From: Eledone cirrhosa
Lineage: Eukaryota
Length of the DNA stretch: 64,000 nt
NCBI GenBank assembly: GCA_964016885.1
Contig: OZ024740.1
Coordinates: 194,308,001-194,372,000, forward strand
Direction of reading: 5' to 3'
This document shows positions 38,762 to 52,682 of this stretch, piece after piece. Within the stretch, counting starts at the first letter, position 1; every line of letters starts with the position of its first letter. The translations under genes were made by a program, and so were the position numbers. The notes beneath the pieces were generated by a model that searched no databases, had not been told where the DNA came from, and worked only from the letters and a program-made list of their open reading frames with translations.

Positions 38762-40760
38762 GAGTTAAACAAGATTCAATGAGTACAGCATAATGATCTT
38801 AATAATTGTTTCTACTTTTGGCACAAGGCCAGCAAATGCCCAGTACATTACTGGTACTTTATTTTATCGACCCCGTATGGATGAAAGGCAAAGTTAACCT
38901 CGGCGGGATTTGAACTCAGATCATAATGATCTTAATAATAACGTTAACATAAATGATACTAAACCAAAATGTAATTGTAGAAATAAAACTGACTGCTCTC
39001 TACAAAATATTTGTCTAGATAATAATTTGGTTTATAAATGCACCGTAAAAACTGATCACAACACATACAACTACATAGGATCGACTTCTTCTACATTTAA
39101 AGCCAGATTTGCGAACCATAAATGCTCATTCTCGAACTCCAAGAGGAAATCATCCACTTCTTTATCACAGCTCATATGGTCATTAAAAGAGAGGAATTTA
39201 AAATACTCCATTTTTTGGACAAAATTTCGGAATTGTGGAGTCTACCGCAACTCTAGTATATCAAATAACTGCGCGCTCTGTACAATGGAGACCCTGTTGA
39301 TTATTAATAACTATGAGACCTTAATTAACAAAAAAAGTGAATTATTCTCTAGTTACCTTCATAAAGCTACGTCTACATTCTTAGCCCCCCACAAAACCAT
39401 AAAAAAGAGGAAGAAACACTAAATCATTGAAAACTTGGTTTTCAGACGTAATTAACCAACAGGGAAAAACAGTAATGGCCTTTAATATTGCATTATCTTA
39501 TAACTATCTATAGAAGAAATAACGCTCGAATGAATGACACTTGTTCAATAAACACGCTGATACGTTGATATACATAACATAATAGTATTAACTTTGATCA
39601 ATACCATTATTCCTCTATCTTTATTTTCCTATCTGAGTTTTAAATTTTAGTTTAAATATCCAACCTGTTTATTTTTACGGACCTTATTTTTAACTGTGAA
39701 TCATTCATGTGTTTACATTTTTTATTTATAATATGTATGTAATTATCTTTTGTAAATTTTTAAATATTCCTACTTATATTTCTATCCATGATTCAAATAT
39801 AGAGCAAATATCTAACCTATAAATTATTACGGACCTTATTTTGAACTCTGAATTATCCATGCATTTATTATTATTATTTTTCTTATATATATGTATGTAT
39901 TTAACTGTAACACGTTGAAATCTATTATATAAGATTTATAATCGTTATCATTTATCTGAAGTATACTGTATCACTAATACTTAATATATATCTATATATA
40001 TCTCTCTGTATCTCTCTATACCTAATTTTTAGATAACTTTTGAATTTTTAGATTATTATTTATTTCGAACTTGAATAATTCAGGCATTTACACCCTTTTA
40101 TATATATGTATCTATTTAACTTTAGCATGTTTGAATCTATTATTTTATATTTGTTATCATTTACTTAAAATATACTGGTTCATTAATATATCTCTATATA
40201 CCTAATCGTTATTTAAATATTTCTAACAATAAGTACTTCATAAGCTTTACATACCGAAAATGTTGACATATTTATAGGTAATCTTCGTTAAAGATTACAT
40301 TTAGGAAAATATTCAACAGTGTAAATTTTCCTTTCGCTGGCCAGGTAAATCCTTTAAATTTTATCCTCATAAAATTCAGAAGTTTAGAAATGTTAACACA
40401 CTTATAGAATTTATAAAATCATCGTTCAGCGGCCCTCGTGGACTGTTATAATTCGTGAGATGTTTTCCTAGATAACCATAAATTGTAGTATCCTACATTT
40501 TAAAATCTCTATAGCTGTCGCATTAACCAACGTTTTTCTTACTCACACATTCTCTATTGAATTTATTACGTTTTCGCAATTTCTCATTATTAGGGTATAA
40601 ATGTTGAGTTTTCTCTTGGGTTATTCACTACCTTGATTAAATCTTAACCATTTAACATCTCAAGGTATGTCATGTATCATTATATTTTGTCTGATGAGGA
40701 ATTACTGTTGTACCTCTGAAATATTTATAATAAAATTTAATTGATCAAAAGAACATCTAT
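38757..40760 (+). mobile_element. 5'-truncated Naiad-type PLE: GIY-YIG endonuclease, AT-rich 3' UTR, degenerate HHR at 40687-40730
   Basis: ORF 38910-39422: KCNCRNKTDCSLQNICL..LVYKCTV..YNYIGSTSSTFKARFANHKCSF..LSQLIWSLK..CALCTME..LINKKSEL; TTGT-CTGATGA...GAAA..ATAA plus AATAAA near the end. Confidence 0.9.
38804..38921 (-). mobile_element. 5'-truncated family 1 SINE with 18-bp TSD, inserted in the PLE
   Basis: TSD CATAATGATCTTAATAAT at 38789-38806 and 38922-38939. Confidence 0.95.
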
Positions 40761-40843
40761 TTTATTAATATTTGTATTTTAATATATATATATATATGTT
40801 TTAGTAAGAGATTCTTGTATAAAACGCCAAACATTGACTCTAT

Positions 40844-40878
<35 letters not shown>

Positions 40879-41464
40879 GAGTCAATGTTTGGCGTTTTAT
40901 ACAAGAATCTCTTACTAAAACGTTTGAATCCAGTGGTGAATTTAGGGCAACTACGAACGTAACCCTCACAAGCTGAGATATTTTGTTTGGATTAAAGCTT
41001 GAACATATGTAACACACCATCATTGACCTCACGAAGATGTTAGCAATTTCAAACTTTCTAAAATGGTAGTTTGTACAGCGAGGTTGTGAGTCTAATTAAA
41101 ATTAAAACAAGCAAATCTATTACAGTGACAATACTGAAAGAAATTTAATATCATTGATGGTAACGCAAGGTAACGTATTAAAGGTTTTGAATTACACACT
41201 GTCTTTATCAGTGTCTGTATGTGTAACATTGCTCATAACTACTGAGGAATGTGATAAATGATCGTCTTCGTTCTAAGAAGTATGTATTTCTAAATGAATA
41301 CATATATATATACTTTTATGGTCTTCAATTTTAAACCATTATGGTTCTGATCTTGCCCCAAACCCCTTACTCTTGCTTCACCACACCTTCAGATTTTCCC
41401 TTAGCAATATTTAGTGCTGCAATTATATTTTACTACATCTAAGCATTTTTCTTTACCATAGAGA

Positions 41465-41600
41465 GCGGTGGATTTGCAAAGGCATTAGAGTGCCGGAGAA
41501 ATGCTCAGCAGTATTTATTCAGGATTTTTATGTTCTGAGTTTGAATTCCACCGAGGTCAACTTTGCTTTTCATCTTGCAATGTCAATAAAATAAAGTACT
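41465..41600 (+). mobile_element. Old SINE related to family 1
   Basis: GCGGTGGATTTGC head, CTGAGTTTGAATTCCACCGAGGTCAACTTTGCTTTTCATC body. Confidence 0.7.
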
Positions 41601-42132
41601 ATGGCCTCAGACTAATGACTGAAACCAGTTACAAGGTCAAGTTACTGACGTTAATGTAATCAACTTTCCCTTTCTTCCATAAACATTGTTTGTTATGTGG
41701 GTAGTTTTAGCAAAATTCCCTTTTCTTTTCTCAGTGACACAAGGTTAGATTATTGATTAACAGATTTTTCAGTCATGGGTGATTTATGTTTGGCAGCTGA
41801 ACAGAATAACCATTATATAATTGTAGTAAAGTAATAATTTGCTTTTCTTCTTTTCAAAGCCAATGAATAAAGTTACAACTCAGTAACGGAGCTGATTCTT
41901 CACATATATCTTTCTTTTTCTCTCACGTTCTCTGGAAGAAGTTGGATGTGTTCAAAACAGGGTAGTGATGAGCTTTGCCAGACTTAAATACGGAAGATAT
42001 GCTCTACATCACGTCAGTGGCCCTACAACTACACCAGGCACAAAGTCAGCAAGTGGAGGAAGGTAAAGTTGATGATATCAATGCCTGTACCTGACTTTAC
42101 GCATGTAGAAAGATGGGTAGATAGCAGATATA

Positions 42133-42257
42133 AGGAGAGAGAGAGACAGTGAGAGAGAGAGAGAGGAGGAGAGAGAGAGAGGGAGAGAGAGAGGGGGAGA
42201 AAGAGAGGGGGAGAGAGAGAGGGGGAGATAAAGAGAGGGTGAGAGAGAGAGAGAGAT
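42133..42257. repeat. (AG)n microsatellite
   Basis: Direct reading. Confidence 0.9.
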
Positions 42258-43452
42258 AATGAGAAGGCTGAAACTAAAAAAAAAATTATTGTGAAAAGAA
42301 ATAAAGGTTATGAAACCCCATCAAAAGCATTAATTATTAAAACTTTCTGACATTAATCCCATAATGCAATTTCTAATGACAAATATCTTCAAATGGAATA
42401 GACCCGTTCATCCTTGTTTGCTAATTCGATTAAAGGCATTCAAACATCCATAAAGGCATTTATAAACATCTAAGGGGTCCTTTCAAATATCTAAATGTTA
42501 AACAGAAAATTTTCTTTGAAATTTTAAAATAATTTCCCCAGAATTTGTTGAAAGATTTAAATAATAATTATAATCAAACAAGGAAGACATCTAACGGATA
42601 TTATGAAACAAAGTAGCAAAATATGCTTTTTAACTGAAAAAGTACGCTGATAATGCAAATTAGATGGCGAAAGTAAAATAGAGAGAGGCGGGAATGAAAG
42701 GGAAAAAAGAAAGAAAGAAAATGAAAAAAGTGTTATATGAACTAAATTTAAATTAAAAGAAGTGTAAATTGACATTCTCTCTAAAGAAAAGGAAAACTGA
42801 AATTGATTACAATTAAAAGAGAATAATGTGATTTCACTATAGTTTATAAATTTCTAAATATTTTCCAAGCACTATGGGAACCGATACTTCCGTAATGTTA
42901 TGATGTTTCGTTTACTAACTACCACAATGAGTATTTCAAATCTTTACAGAATGGATAGTTGCAAATAATATGCAGAAATGTTTATAGATTCTGGGTTTTT
43001 TTTGTTGTTGTTTTTTAAGTATTCAATCGTCAAACGATAATAGTTTCCCGAAATAAAAAAGATCATACTTGTCTTGACATGGCCCTTAATCTCTCTCCAA
43101 TAAATCATAGCAAATTTTGATGATCACAAAATAGTGCAAGTTGTACATAAATCACGCACGTAGATGAACCTTTCACTGAACTAAATAGTAAAATTAAAAG
43201 ATCACCTCCAGTGGGTTTGCGGCAGGTACGTATCCTCAAATAGCGAAAGGTAGTGCAAAGGTACATCCAATGAGTATACTTCTACTCATCGTAGATTTAT
43301 AAATCACAGAGCATAAATAAACGCAAAATATAGATCACCAAAGTTTACCAATTAATACATGATTTATTTGATTTATATATGTTTACATGTGTTTTATTCT
43401 CCAAAGGATACTATTTTCTATACATTTGTAGTGAAATCATCAGAATCAATTA

Positions 43453-44337
43453 TCTATATATATAAAACTGAGGATGTCTGTCTGTGTGTGTGTGAGTTTG
43501 AATCCCTAAAACTCGAGAACCACCCAACCGACTGTTTTCAAACTTTACACATGTAATACTTATGTTTCAGGGAGTGTTCTGAGCAAATAGAATCTCAAAT
43601 GTTCAATGCCCTAGGGACCTCATTAGGCGATTTAGCGATCTCTCTCTATAATTCTTAGTATTTCTCTTTTTAGATAGATACATACATATAACGTCACGCC
43701 CTTATAATATATGTCTGGTTGTCTGCATTACGTCAATTCTCTGAGGATGACTGTCTGTGTGTGTGTGTCTGTGAGTTTGAATCCCTAAAACTCGAGAAAT
43801 ACACAACCGATTCTTTTCAAACTTTACATGTTTATTACTTATGTTTCTAGGAGGTTTATACACATAAGAAATTCAACTTTTTGATCTCCTAGGTGAAAGA
43901 CTGTGTTTTTTAAGCTTTTTAGGGGTTTTTTGGAGGCGTTACGTCAGACTGATTTCCTTGAAATTGTAACTATGTATTAGTCAGTCTCTTCTTCATACCG
44001 TGAGCAAAGAAAATCCACCTTTTTTATCGCCTAGGCCTCGCATTAGGTGAAAAACGTCATTTTTTCAGCTTTTTAGGGCTTTTTGGAAGCGAAATTTCAA
44101 GGCATATTATGCACATAAAAAAAAATTATTTTCTTGATGCCCAAGGACCCGCATTAGGGGAAAACCTACATTTTTCCTGCTTCATCGAGGAAAATCTTAA
44201 AGATTATCCAGCCATCAGAGTATTCGGTTTATTTTCTTTACATATTGTCCAGGCATGCAGTTTTTCCACGATTAGGTCTGTTGGCGGCCCGCGTTCCAAA
44301 GTACCTTATCCCGTGCAACGCCGGGTACCACTGCTAG
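43453..44337 (+). mobile_element. Non-autonomous Helitron
   Basis: Starts A|TCTATATATATAAAA, ends CTAG|T, subterminal hairpin CCCGTGCAACGCCGGG; no TSD; internal duplication (~43468-43620 vs ~43741-43895). Confidence 0.85.
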
Positions 44338-45115
44338 TAACATATAAAAGTTATTTATTTACCAACCATGTGTGCGCGACAACCTGATTGAAGCGTCGAA
44401 AACGTTATCAATCTTTTTCGTTAACGTTATGGAAGGTTGGAAGAACAAGAATTATTTAACAGTACTGACAGGTATTTTCAGCAGCCTTGTTCTGACATTA
44501 ATATGGTATATGATTGTAGTCAGTGCATATATAGTATTATTTATGCACTGAAGTTACAATCGAATTTAACCTGAGTAAACAGTCTTTCCTCGTAATTATA
44601 ATTTGATAAATAGCTCTGCTTAAATTATTTTAATTCTACTGATTATTTTAACTCCTTTGGTCATTGAGCAAACCTGGTCAAGGCGGGACATCACACACAC
44701 ACACATACATGTATTTATGTATTTATGTATCTGTGTGCGTATCTTATTACTTTATTGTCCCAAATTCCTTTTGGTAGAGTGAAGTAGGAGGGTGCTGGCT
44801 GCTTTTTCTAGAAAATGTGAGACTCCGCAAATATCTAGCCCTTGCCTCCCGTCTGTGACCTCTACAACGTGACGATTTCTCCCTCCAGAGAAATATTCAT
44901 TTTCTTACGGTCAGGACTCCATAAGATTCGACTACTTCACATCGTTGGTACTCTTCTCTGGTACACCGATGTTGCAAAACGGCCGATGAACCTGCAGTAG
45001 GAACTTTGAAAAAAAAGTAGGTAATTTTTTGTCTATTCGTTCCTCGCATTTATAATTTGATGAATAACTCTGATTAAATGATTATTTCGTTTGTTTTGTT
45101 TAATTTAAGGTTTAT

Positions 45116-45169
<54 letters not shown>

Positions 45170-45173
<4 letters not shown>

Positions 45174-45740
45174 TTTCTTCACTGTGTTATCAACATTTTC
45201 CTCTTTCCTTAACATACTCCTTGGTAGTATTTAACTATCTTGTTAGATAAAGGAGTATTGTCGCTCAAGTATGAGACTGTGTACGGCCATTCCGACAGCC
45301 GATGTCCAAGGAGTTACATAGTCCTAGTTGCCAACTTGTTTTGTTTATATATTATTGCCTATCTTCTGTTTGGCTTTAATTGAATTCCTTGGAAATATAT
45401 ATATATATGATAAATATGTTTGAAACTATAGTTATAGGTGGTTCACCGGTTAAAGAACTCAATGCTGTTTCGAAGGTCCGGCTCGTATGGGGTTATATTT
45501 CAATATACTGCAGAGTGACGGCGGTTGTACCGTGTCGAGTGTAAATACAAGTAAGCAGATATTAAGTTCGAATTTTATTTTTGCACCTACGAACTCGATG
45601 GTCGCATATCTGATGAGATGTCAATGCGGAGTTGGCTCCCGATCATGATGATCGAACCCGGAGCTGATTGATATCGAAACGATTGTCATATGCAATAAAG
45701 TTTATTTATGGTGCAACCTTGACTTCATTTCTGCTTATAT
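45170..45740 (+). mobile_element. PLE-type 3' end/solo pLTR fragment
   Basis: Lies between a (TA)n tract and a TA/GATA tract; carries an HHR immediately followed by AATAAA. Confidence 0.55.
45604..45693 (+). ncRNA. Type I hammerhead ribozyme with long, bulged stem II
   Basis: GCATAT-CTGATGA-GATGTCAAT...ATTGATATC-GAAA-C-GATT-G-TC-ATATGC; outer helix TTGCACC/GGTGCAA. Confidence 0.85.
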
Positions 45741-46399
45741 ATAAATATAGATAGATAGATAAATAGAGAGTAGAGAGTGAGACAGGTAGAGATAAATAGA
45801 GAGAGGGGGCAGAGAGACAGAGAGAGAAAGAAGCTGGATAAAAAGTTGCTCTATTTCATTCATAATACTTCAAATTAATTTTCGTTCATTTTTCCTCTTC
45901 TTTTATTTCTTTTGTTTTGACTTATTTTTTCATTTCGTTTTTGTTCAGAAAATGCGACGTTTCAGTATTTTAATTGGCTTTTCCAATTTGAAACCTGCAT
46001 AGATTTTTAAATAGGATTTGTCCGAATATTAGTGAGTCCATCATGCCACCAGACTTCTATGTCGCAAGCAAGAAAATACAAAATATATATTAAAATAGAG
46101 TGAGGAGTGAAATCCATTTAAAAATTTAAATTTCAATAATATTTCAAATGATGCCGAAGTAATGTTTGTGAAATATTTTGACAGCCATCAAAAATTGCAT
46201 CAATTTAGAAAATTCTTATTTTCTTCTAGCTGTAAAAAATATGTTGTTATTATTGTGGCTAATAATGAAACCATCATTACCATCAACATTATTGTTGTTG
46301 TTGTTGGACTTCTTTTTCTTCATCTTTGTGTTGCTATTGTTATTGACACGTATGACAGATCTCCGTGGAGACGTTTAAGTCGCCTAAAATTAACATATG

Positions 46400-49010
46400 A
46401 AAAATACTTATGTGGGTTTCTTCTCGGCAGAGCTGTTCTGCAGGTAGTGGATAGCGATGCGGCCACCAAATATAATGATTTACTGCGATATAAGCGGCCA
46501 GCTGCCTGACGAATAAGCAACTGTGGACAAACTCCGGCAAACTACCAAGAGAAATGGAGGAATGGGTGAGACCTGTAGCTCTCTAGAAAATTCTCACACC
46601 CCAGTGATGACGAGGTGAGTATAGTCCGCCTCTAAAAAAGCCTCATCTTCGCGGGTTTCAAAAAGTACCTGATTGAATCTGGCGCGAATAAGACCACCAA
46701 GACTGCAATATGGTGAAAGGAATGTAAAAGAAACATACAGCACCGTCCTTCACGTGGGTTAACAAGGGACGCATTCAAGTAGAGGGACATGCTCAAAAGG
46801 TATATTGCACTCTCCATTTCATGCTGCAAAAACTGGCGATGGGCTTGCGACACGTCCTGGGAGGTGTAGGATAGACACACAAAGATTGCCTATGCCGAAA
46901 CCCCTAAGAAGTTTCAGATGGGAGCAAACCTTGACTATCGGAACCTGAAACATAACAACCCTAACAGGTAAGGAGCAGGAAGTAGTGGAGGAGGTTAGAT
47001 GCTACCGGCTAGATATAGTCGTGGTTTCCTCAACAAAGTTCCGTGGCTCTGACACTGTAGATTTGGAGGGTGGATGGAAACTCCACTATTCAGGTGTGGC
47101 GCCAGGAATGATTGCACAGACGAGAGAGTGGATACTCACAAGCTGCCGGCTGTCAGTGTGTATTATGGACTGGATTAGGAAGCTGAGGCTGAAAGATAGG
47201 TCTCTGAATACAGATCCTTCATTAATGAAGTCACTGTAGTGTTAGATGTAATTAAGACTGGGTGATATATCCTGATTGGAGACTTCAATGCACAAGTTGG
47301 TACTGGCTACTTGACATGGAAAGGAGTGATTGGAAAGACCGGCGAGCCCGATATAACTACAAATGGAGATGCCTTGTTAGACTTTTTCTCTAACAATGGA
47401 CTCTCTATTATGAGCATCTTCTTCCAGCACAGAGACGTCCATGGTATAAGGAGAATCAGGGAGGGAGACCAATAATTGAATCGCAGCAGATACAGTAAAT
47501 GCAGTCTTCTGTCAGACCATCCACCGACTTCATTATAAGGAGTTCTACTCCACATCTGCTATCAGGAACGAACCTGGCTCTTCAAAGAAGTGCATTCCCG
47601 CAAGGCGGAGAGAATAGTTTGCTTATCACATAAACGTGATCACAACAGCATCTTCTGATATATATGAGGTACACCTGGGAGCTGTGACCAATCTCTCTAA
47701 GGCTGAGGTTTCAAGAACAGTTTAAGTGCTTAAATGTGTCAAGGCCGCTGGGAAAGATTAAATCCGGTCGATGATGTTAAATGCCTTAAATAGAGAAGGT
47801 ATTCTCTGGCTGAGTGCCGAGCAAGTGAGTGCCGAGCAAGGCACCTAACCAATGGCAACCGGGATTGGTAATCCACATTTTCAAAAAGGGAGAGAGGAGA
47901 GGTTGACCGAATTACAGAGGGATCTCCTTGTTAAGCCTCCCTGATAAAGTCTATGTTGCTATGTTGGGTGTCTAGCAAAGAGATACAGGGAGATTGTTGA
48001 GTCCAAGCTAACTGAATAACAGTGCGGTTTTCATTTGGACGCAGTAAATCCGACTAAATATTCACACTGCGGCAGATCTTCGAAACATCGTGAGAGTATT
48101 GCCAAGAAGAATATTCTTATTTTGTAGACCTCGAAAAAGCATATAACTACGCTGCTCTGGACCTGCTGTTGTGGTGTCTGCATGAGTGTGGCATCGATGA
48201 TCAGCTTCTTCTTGCCATGACGTTTCTATACGAAAGCCCGAATATTTGTTCTGATAAATGGTGCTAAATCGAAACCATTAAATGTGGTAGTCGGACTCCA
48301 CTACAGGTGCGTACTGTCATCTCTCCTGTTCATTATTTTCATGAGCAGGATTGACATGGTCAGCCGGGTTGAAAGGGGTATCATGAGTGGCAGAAGTAAA
48401 ATCAATCGGCTGGATTTGTAGACGACATGGTGTTACTCAACTCGACAGAAGGTGTTCTCCAACAAGCACTTGATAGGTTCGATGCCGAGTGCTGCATGGC
48501 TGGAATGAAAATCAGTGATGCGGAAACTGAAACACTCGTCCTCTCAAGAAAGTATATGCCGTGTACTCTATATGTGAGTGGTGTTCCACTGAATCAGGTG
48601 GAGAAGGTCATGTGTCTCGGGGGCCGTATTGGTGAGTGAAGGAAGGCAGGAAGGAGGAAGAATTAAGTGCAAGAATTGCAGGAGCTGGCGCAGTAACGCG
48701 CCAGATTCAGCATTCGATAATCAGAAGGAGTGGGTTGGTGTAAACGCCAAACACGCTATTTTCAATTCAGTATTCGTGCCAACCCTTACTTATAAACATA
48801 AACCTTGGGTAATGACCGAAAGTATCCGATCATGAATAGAAGCGGCCGAAATAGGGTTACCCCCGAAGGGCTTTTAGAGTAACATTACACGATAGAGTGC
48901 GTAGCATGGCAATCGTAGAGTCACTCTAGGGGAAGCCACTACTTCTCCGAATTGAGAGATCACAGCGCCGATACTATGGGCATGGGGTTAGAATGTCTCA
49001 GGAAATAATA
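46400..49010 (+). mobile_element. RTE-clade LINE, near full span with internal deletion, decayed
   Basis: EN: LTIGT*NITTLTGKEQEVVEEVRCYRLDIVVVSSTK, GWKLHYSG, LIGDFNAQVG. RT: NYRGISLLSLPDKVY, YFVDLEKAY, CVLSSLLFIIFM, FVDDMVLL, AIFNSVFVPTLTY, IERSQRRYYGH. Confidence 0.92.
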
Positions 49011-52000
49011 TACAAAGACTTTGCCGATAAAATAGCAAGATTCCATTATCATTTTCATACGTTTATGGACAAAAACTATATGAATGACTCGATTGCAGCC
49101 AGCGAAAAGAAAGGTAAAATAAGTGGATGAGTTATATCAGAGAAGCCATAGAACCTTATCCGTGACTGAGAAAGAACATGATGCATCATTGTTTCGTTTT
49201 AAAGAACTACAAAGGTACTGTCACTGGAAGGACTTGCATGAAGCTTTAATCGATGTGTAGGATATCTACCTCATCAAACGAGGAATGATATATGACATCA
49301 TAGGCCTCTGAACACGAAATGTCTTAACTCGAAGCATGGCTGCAGTGGAAACGAATCTAAATCCCCATCAACATATAGAAACTAATTCCATCCCAGCTAA
49401 GAATTCTTATGATTCACTAAGAAAGAGATGGTGGGGTAGCGATGTACTAATTGAAGAGCAGATGGGTAAGTTGAATACTAGAATACTAGAGAAAAAACCA
49501 ACAGGTAGTTAAACATAAAGAATGCCCACAGTCACTTTCGTCAATCCTAGATTCCCACACCAGGAGCGAAACGTTGTCGGGGTTATGAGGTTCCCTGAAC
49601 CAACACAGGGATGGCTACACGTGTTTATGGGGTGGAGCGTAGGTTACTCTATTTTTTTGTATGATTATATTTACATTTCGTTTCAGTCATTTGTGTATCT
49701 TATTTAGGTTTTCATTATGTCATAATATATAGTATAATGTCCGGCTCATCGTTACTATTTTACTATGTGTGAACATCCCCACACATCTTGTAACAACATT
49801 TTTTGTAATATGCTGTTGAATGTATAGGCCCTTGTGATAAATACAAGAAAAGATTAATCTAAATAATAGTAGTTATATTTATATTAATACTATTTAATTA
49901 TTATTGATTTTATTTTTCTATTTTCGTTATGTTTCTTTAGACTATTGTGTAACACAATACTCTGTTTTTTCGTTATTGCTTTGCCTTAAGCTATATATTT
50001 GTAGGATTTATCCACGTCTGTGAGGAAGTTATACGAAAGCATAACTGCAATTTTTATTTCAACATTAACAATAGCGCTACCAAAAGTATTATTTATGTGT
50101 GTGTGTGTGTGCGTGTCTGCCTGTATGTGTGCATATGTGTATGTCTTCATATGTGTATGTCTGCACCAACAATGCGTTCCTTTAACATATAGTTATTTCC
50201 ACTTGACCATGTATTTCCAAAGATTGAAAACCATCTATTGTATAAGATGTCATTTCGATAACGGAATCTCTATAACATGCAGCACTGAAAACAATTGTGG
50301 AAAAAGTATTATATAACGAATGATAAATTTTGAATTATAAACAATAATACCCCCTTCAAATATTTCTCCGGAAAATATTATATTAGATATAGACTTTATG
50401 ACTAAACGCTTTCATTACCACCATATCTATTATTTCGTTCGTAATTATTATTAGAATGTTGTCTTGATGTTGTGCGTCTAGTGCTTTTATGGGACAATTT
50501 TCTCCGAATAGGTTATCAATTTTGTAGAACACGTAAATAATAGACGACTAGTGAAACCAAACTATCGATTTATCAAATGTTATATGCGAACTGCTCAGAA
50601 GGCGTTGGTGGGCTACACTCTTGAGTTCAATTCCATGTTCAGATTATAACACCAAACACTGCTGTTCAAGAGACCACTCGTCAAATCTACACTAAATTCG
50701 GCACATATTGCTGTGGTACGATGTTCCAAAGCAGTAGCAAAAAAAACTATTAGGAGAGCTGGTCAACAGGTCTTCAGAGAAGAAACCCCACTGAAGCAAG
50801 TGTTTTTACCCGTAAATTTTTACACTCAAAGCGGGCCGGGCCGCATCGAGATTATGATTCCTTGGTGCCTTTCTGCTGGCAGTTAACCATTCGGATAAAG
50901 AAAATTCCTAAGTTTAAGGCTTATTTGCTCGTGCAGTCATTGATTAGACAGACACCGGTGGACATTGTGATTTCATGTGGCGTTAGCGACTGAGCCTACT
51001 ATTTGTTCATGTACTGTGTTAACCAAGGTTAAATATATTGGTCATTTACACAGTATACAGTGTACCAGCCGTTATGGGCCACGAATAATCGACACTTTAA
51101 TGATTCGATATTGCAGGTACACGACTCCATGCGGCTCTTACTGAAAAACAAAATTATTTACATTTTTTTAGATTATTTATTTCGGTGAGAAGTTCAACTT
51201 AGCGTATTATTGATGTCTATATTTCCATTATTGCTTTTATTGTGTGTTACGTTTCGTTTAGGTCCAATCTTTGATTACCATCGGGTGCATTCTATAGAAA
51301 CAATTATGTCACTGTCCAATAGAAATTAAATATGACATAGAGAATTTTATATATGTCTAAGTTTAATGCTTGTCCACCTGACGATCAAATGTCGTATCAA
51401 TGGAAAAGGTGTATAAAAATACGAAATAATGAAGAGAATTTGACTGAATTAAAATCGTTTCATGATGGATTCATATTGATTCTACACTTAACAGACATTT
51501 TCTCATAAAATTATCAACAACTTTGCATCATTACCATCTATTAATATATATATATATCGGAAACATGGGAACTGGAGAGATATTTCAAGGTGATGGTGAT
51601 TTAGCAAGTCCTCTTTATAGTGATGGATTGGTGCTTATGTTAATCGTTATTGCTGGCAATTTATCATTTAAGTCATTACTTTTTAATTAAATTTATATTT
51701 ATGGGGGGATGCTTTTCTTTCCTCGTGTGTGCCCCACTATTTCATACCATAGTCATAATTAAATATCTTTGGGTATAATGTTTCAAATGCAAGCAAAACA
51801 TTACCCTTGCGTATTCCTCATTCCATCCATTAAAATGAAACTGCTACAGACTAGAACCACGACTATATCAGAAACTATGAACAATTATTACAACAGATTT
51901 TGAATACAGTCTAAAAGTATTCGTCGAAAAAGATGATTTCAATAAATGAAGGTAAGAGAGAGAGGCAACAGAAATAAATTATTACTAATACAAAACGTTT

Positions 52001-52263
52001 CTTTATGTGTTCGCCCATTTATCTTTTGGTCACGGGCAAAGTGGATACAATCCTTTTGTTCTTGTTTAATTTTCTCTATCATTTCTCGTAGAAAAATGAC
52101 AAATTAATCAGCATAATTACATCACTCGATTTGAATATGGGGGGAATGCTTTTCTTTCCTCGTGTGTGCCCCACTATTTCATACCATAGTCCTAACATTT
52201 TTAGTTAGCGATTACATGCTCTTAAAATTTAATTGTTAACGTCAATGTTACGATGTTAAAATA

Positions 52264-52450
52264 TAATTGTTTCTACTTTTGGCATAAGGCCAGCAATTAC
52301 CCAGTACATTACAGGTACTTTATTTTATCGACCCCGTAAGGATGAAAGGCAAAGTTAACCTCGGCGGGATTTGAACTCAGACCGTAAAGGGACGTAACTA
52401 TGCTGGAAAGCATGGCGTCCGACTCTCCACTGATACTGCCAATTCACCAT
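52264..52450 (-). mobile_element. tRNA-derived SINE family 1
   Basis: Consensus match. Confidence 0.93.
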
Positions 52451-52682
52451 ACTGCCATATTTTGTTGCAAGAATACAGTACCATTTGAAACTGGAGAAAT
52501 AGAGCAACGTATTTTAGATTGATTCATCAATTATCGCCATGGTACTTTTTGAACTTTGCTCTTTTTTAAATATATATTCGTTTCCTACTTCCAGAAACCG
52601 CCTCACAGCAAACTTGCTCTGTAAAGAAGATAATGAAAGCCACAGTAATTTGGCAGACGTGTATTCTGAGAAATTAAATAAT

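Noticed and set aside
38910-39422. Stand-alone GIY-YIG gene
   Set aside because: The start codon comes from the inserted SINE; it is the 3' part of a truncated PLE.
45640-45665. Antisense B-box-like CCGGGTTCGATC inside HHR stem II
   Set aside because: No A box or tRNA fold; likely coincidence.
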